NCBI GenBank assembly: GCA_030599585.1
Contig: JAUVNS010000032.1
Coordinates: 1 to 19,715 of the forward strand
DNA from: Promethearchaeota archaeon
Lineage (GTDB): Archaea; Asgardarchaeota; Lokiarchaeia; Sigyniarchaeales; SOKP01
Direction: 5' to 3'
Length of the DNA: 19,715 bases
A program made the position numbers and the translations under genes. The notes beneath the pieces are model-generated. The model saw only the letters and a list, made by a program, of their open reading frames with translations, was not told the DNA's origin and did no database searches. This document shows, piece by piece, positions 17,510 through 19,715 of the stretch (its first letter is position 1; each line of letters opens with the position of its first letter).

Positions 17510-18112
17510 ATATATAAAGTAAGACTTTCGGTATGGGATTTTGCCGAGGAAGAGAGATTTAAGGTCTTTTTTCCAAGTTTCGTACAAGGTACTCAAGGCG
17601 CGTTATTTTTATACGATGTTGCAATTGGCTTTTCAATTGATCAAATTGACGAGTGGTTAAGACTAATTAAAGAGGGAGTTGGAGAAGGAGTAAAAATACC
17701 CATTTTGGTGGTAGGGATTGTAGCTGATGAGAAGAGGAAACGAAAAGTTTCAGAGTTAGAGGGCGTAAAAATCGCCAAGTCACGGAATCTAAGTGGGTAT
17801 ATAGATTGCAATCTTAAAACGGAGAAGAATACAAAAGAAGTTTTCGAAGATTTAGTAAGACTGATGCTAGCGTGTCACGGCTCAGGTTACGGCTTAGGTC
17901 CTCAATCCATTCGAAGCAAGACTTTTTTGGGAGCACCAACAGTTGGATTCCACTATGCTGTGTGTTATAATAAAAATGTTATTATTCTTGATGGAGATCG
18001 CCATGTCATAGATGTACTAAACAAAAAATTCACTCATGATTTAGAATTCACAAAACTATTCACAATTTTAAATTTTAAGCGAAAAAAATTAATAAAAAAA
18101 GAATTAAAGTAG
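17510..18112 (+). pseudogene. Rab-like small GTPase fragment (no P-loop) read through into an unrelated tail
   Basis: The frame is open from 17510: VRLSVWDFAEEERFKVFFPSFVQGTQGALFLYDV...IDEWL...IPILVVG...RKVSELEG...EVFEDLVRLML. TAA at 17507; G1 and G2 are absent; GTPase similarity ends near 17870. Confidence 0.85.
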
Positions 18113-18144
18113 GGAAAATTAAGTTAAAAATCTTCAATCCTGAA

Positions 18145-18933
18145 GTGGTGGACTGTTCGAGTACATGGGGTTATCTCGCACCACCTATAGAATCCTTAGA
18201 GCTTTTAATAGACATTTTATTAAAACTACTTCAATCAAATTTGATTATAAATATAGGAGAAATAGAGCTGACTATTAGTTCTAGAGAAAATTCTCCTTAT
18301 ACTAAATACTACTCTCCTAAAGTAATAGATAAATATTTTCTTGATGTCTTAGATTATGATTTAGATTCATATGATCTATATCAAGGGCCAAAGGGAGAAG
18401 ATAATAAATTAAACGAGTTGTATGTAGAAAAAAAAGAAGGTTTTGAAATTCGGATAAGAAACATTCAAGAAAGAGTAGATAAAAAATACCCTCAAGAACA
18501 TAAATACCTTATTTTATCTCCTGGTATTGGTGGTGTTAAGCAAGCAATAAAAATAATACAGGATATATATCTGGGAGTTGAAGATTCTTCAGTTAACTAC
18601 TTAATGATGTATGTAGACATAATTTGGAAAACATGGATTAATTATTATAATTCTACCACTAAAGAGAGAATTATTTTTGATTTGATCAGGGATGATGAAG
18701 AAGAATTAAATTCTGTAGATGAAGTTAAGGATTTGGATCTTAACATACGGAAAAAAGCATTGAATGCTTTTAGTCGCGTCGGGTTTGAGTTTCAAGGGGA
18801 ATTGGGGTATAGTTCCGAATTAAGTTTAGGAAAGAAATTTACTTATATTACAAGTAGATATTATGATGAAATTCTTTCCTTTATAAAAATGAAGTTTAAC
18901 AAGCAATTCACTATGGAATTTATCTATGGATAA
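18145..18933 (+). CDS. Hypothetical protein (262 aa)
   Basis: Long ORF with host-like composition, 42 nt upstream of the co-oriented radical SAM gene; no motif recognised. Confidence 0.75.
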   Translation: MVDCSSTWGYLAPPIESLELLIDILLKLLQSNLIINIGEIELTISSRENSPYTKYYSPKVIDKYFLDVLDYDLDSYDLYQGPKGEDNKLNELYVEKKEGFEIRIRNIQERVDKKYPQEHKYLILSPGIGGVKQAIKIIQDIYLGVEDSSVNYLMMYVDIIWKTWINYYNSTTKERIIFDLIRDDEEELNSVDEVKDLDLNIRKKALNAFSRVGFEFQGELGYSSELSLGKKFTYITSRYYDEILSFIKMKFNKQFTMEFIYG

Positions 18934-18975
18934 AAGAGTATGATGGAAATTTGAAAAAAAAGAAAAATTATTATT

Positions 18976-19470
18976 ATGATTGATTCAGTAGTGAGTAAAT
19001 TACAAATCATCAGATATCCTCCTAGATATCCTAAATCTGTATATCTTTATATCACAAATGAGTGCAATTTAGATTGTAAAAAATGTTATTACCGTACGCC
19101 TGATGATGAGAAACAACAACTCTCGTTAAAACGATTAACACCGTTATTCCGTGAATGGAAAAAGTATGGGCTTACATCTATAGCGATTGGAGGGGGTGAA
19201 CCATTATTGCACCCTGAAATTTTTGAGATTGTAGAGCTGGCAAAACAGATGAGTTTTTTTATAGCTGTGACTACTAACGGTACAATCCTTAAACCGATAA
19301 AACCAAATCGAGTTCATATTTCTTATGATAAATTACATCCAACGTGGCACTGTGAAAAGCTTATAAAAAGAGCTATTAAATATTATAAAGATCTCGGATT
19401 TGAAATCCTAAAGAATTTTTTTAATCCTTTAGACTTATTTATAGATTCATTTCAACCATTTCATAGCTGA
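18976..19470 (+). pseudogene. Radical SAM protein, C-terminally truncated
   Basis: ITNECNLDCKKCY (CxxxCxxC), GGGEPLLHP, VTTNGT, ISYD. Only 164 aa, with similarity lost after about 19397. Confidence 0.85.
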
Positions 19471-19510
19471 TTAGATAAATAATTTAAATTTAAAAAATAA
19501 TTTAATCTTA

Positions 19511-19714
19511 CTATAATCTAACACTATAAAATTGAAAGTCATTCTTAGTCGAAAAGGGTTCTTTTAACGCCATGCAAACCAAGTCAAGGGATTTGCCATA
19601 TTGAATATCTACGCGATACACATCTAAATCCATAACAATGTCGATGTATCCTTTAATTGTCTTATTGTTGTACACGCTGTAATTCGCGTCGTAATAAGTC
19701 GTTCGGGTTTCTCT
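19511..19714 (-). CDS. 3' end of a hypothetical gene entering from beyond the window
   Basis: 67 open codons from the window edge: RETRTTYYDANYSVYNNKTIKGYIDIVMDLDVYRVDIQYGKS...FYSVRL*. Confidence 0.5.
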   Translation of the reverse strand, partial: RETRTTYYDANYSVYNNKTIKGYIDIVMDLDVYRVDIQYGKSLDLVCMALKEPFSTKNDFQFYSVRL

Positions 19715-19715
19715 A

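Noticed and set aside
1402-17878. GTGTCAC near two junctions (1402-1408, 17872-17878) as an IS end motif
   Set aside because: Only 7 nt, with no further shared sequence.

Overview
AT-rich (roughly 30% GC by eye) archaeal DNA, most likely Asgard/Lokiarchaeia. This is inferred from a 23-aa LRR protein, a Rab-like GTPase remnant, a CxxC-x30-CxH Zn-domain protein, a LamG surface-protein fragment and BRE/TATA promoters. The window is an accessory 'scrapyard' in which many genes are cut at one or both ends and butted together: UDG-like, LRR, DDE transposase, LamG, EndoQ/PHP, Ig-like, Rab-like and radical SAM fragments. A few intact, unusual loci sit among them. The most striking signal is a ~600-nt, GC-elevated, hairpin-dense non-coding block (about 3180-3760). 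It has a crossing/alternative helix core and its own archaeal promoter, and it lies directly 5' of a truncated ORF that may be a transposase N-terminus, so it is a candidate mobile-element-associated structured RNA. Other highlights: a translationally coupled HEAT-like + HExxHxxGxxH metallopeptidase pair, an M15/Hedgehog-fold Zn peptidase, a DKxxH/E/D + Ada-type Zn-finger protein, a wHTH + PBP2-like + HEAT three-gene cluster, two paralogous SHH...CTGC membrane proteins, and an unannotated Cys-rich zinc-finger microprotein. No rRNA, tRNA or CRISPR array was seen. All family calls come from motif recognition by eye, not database searches.
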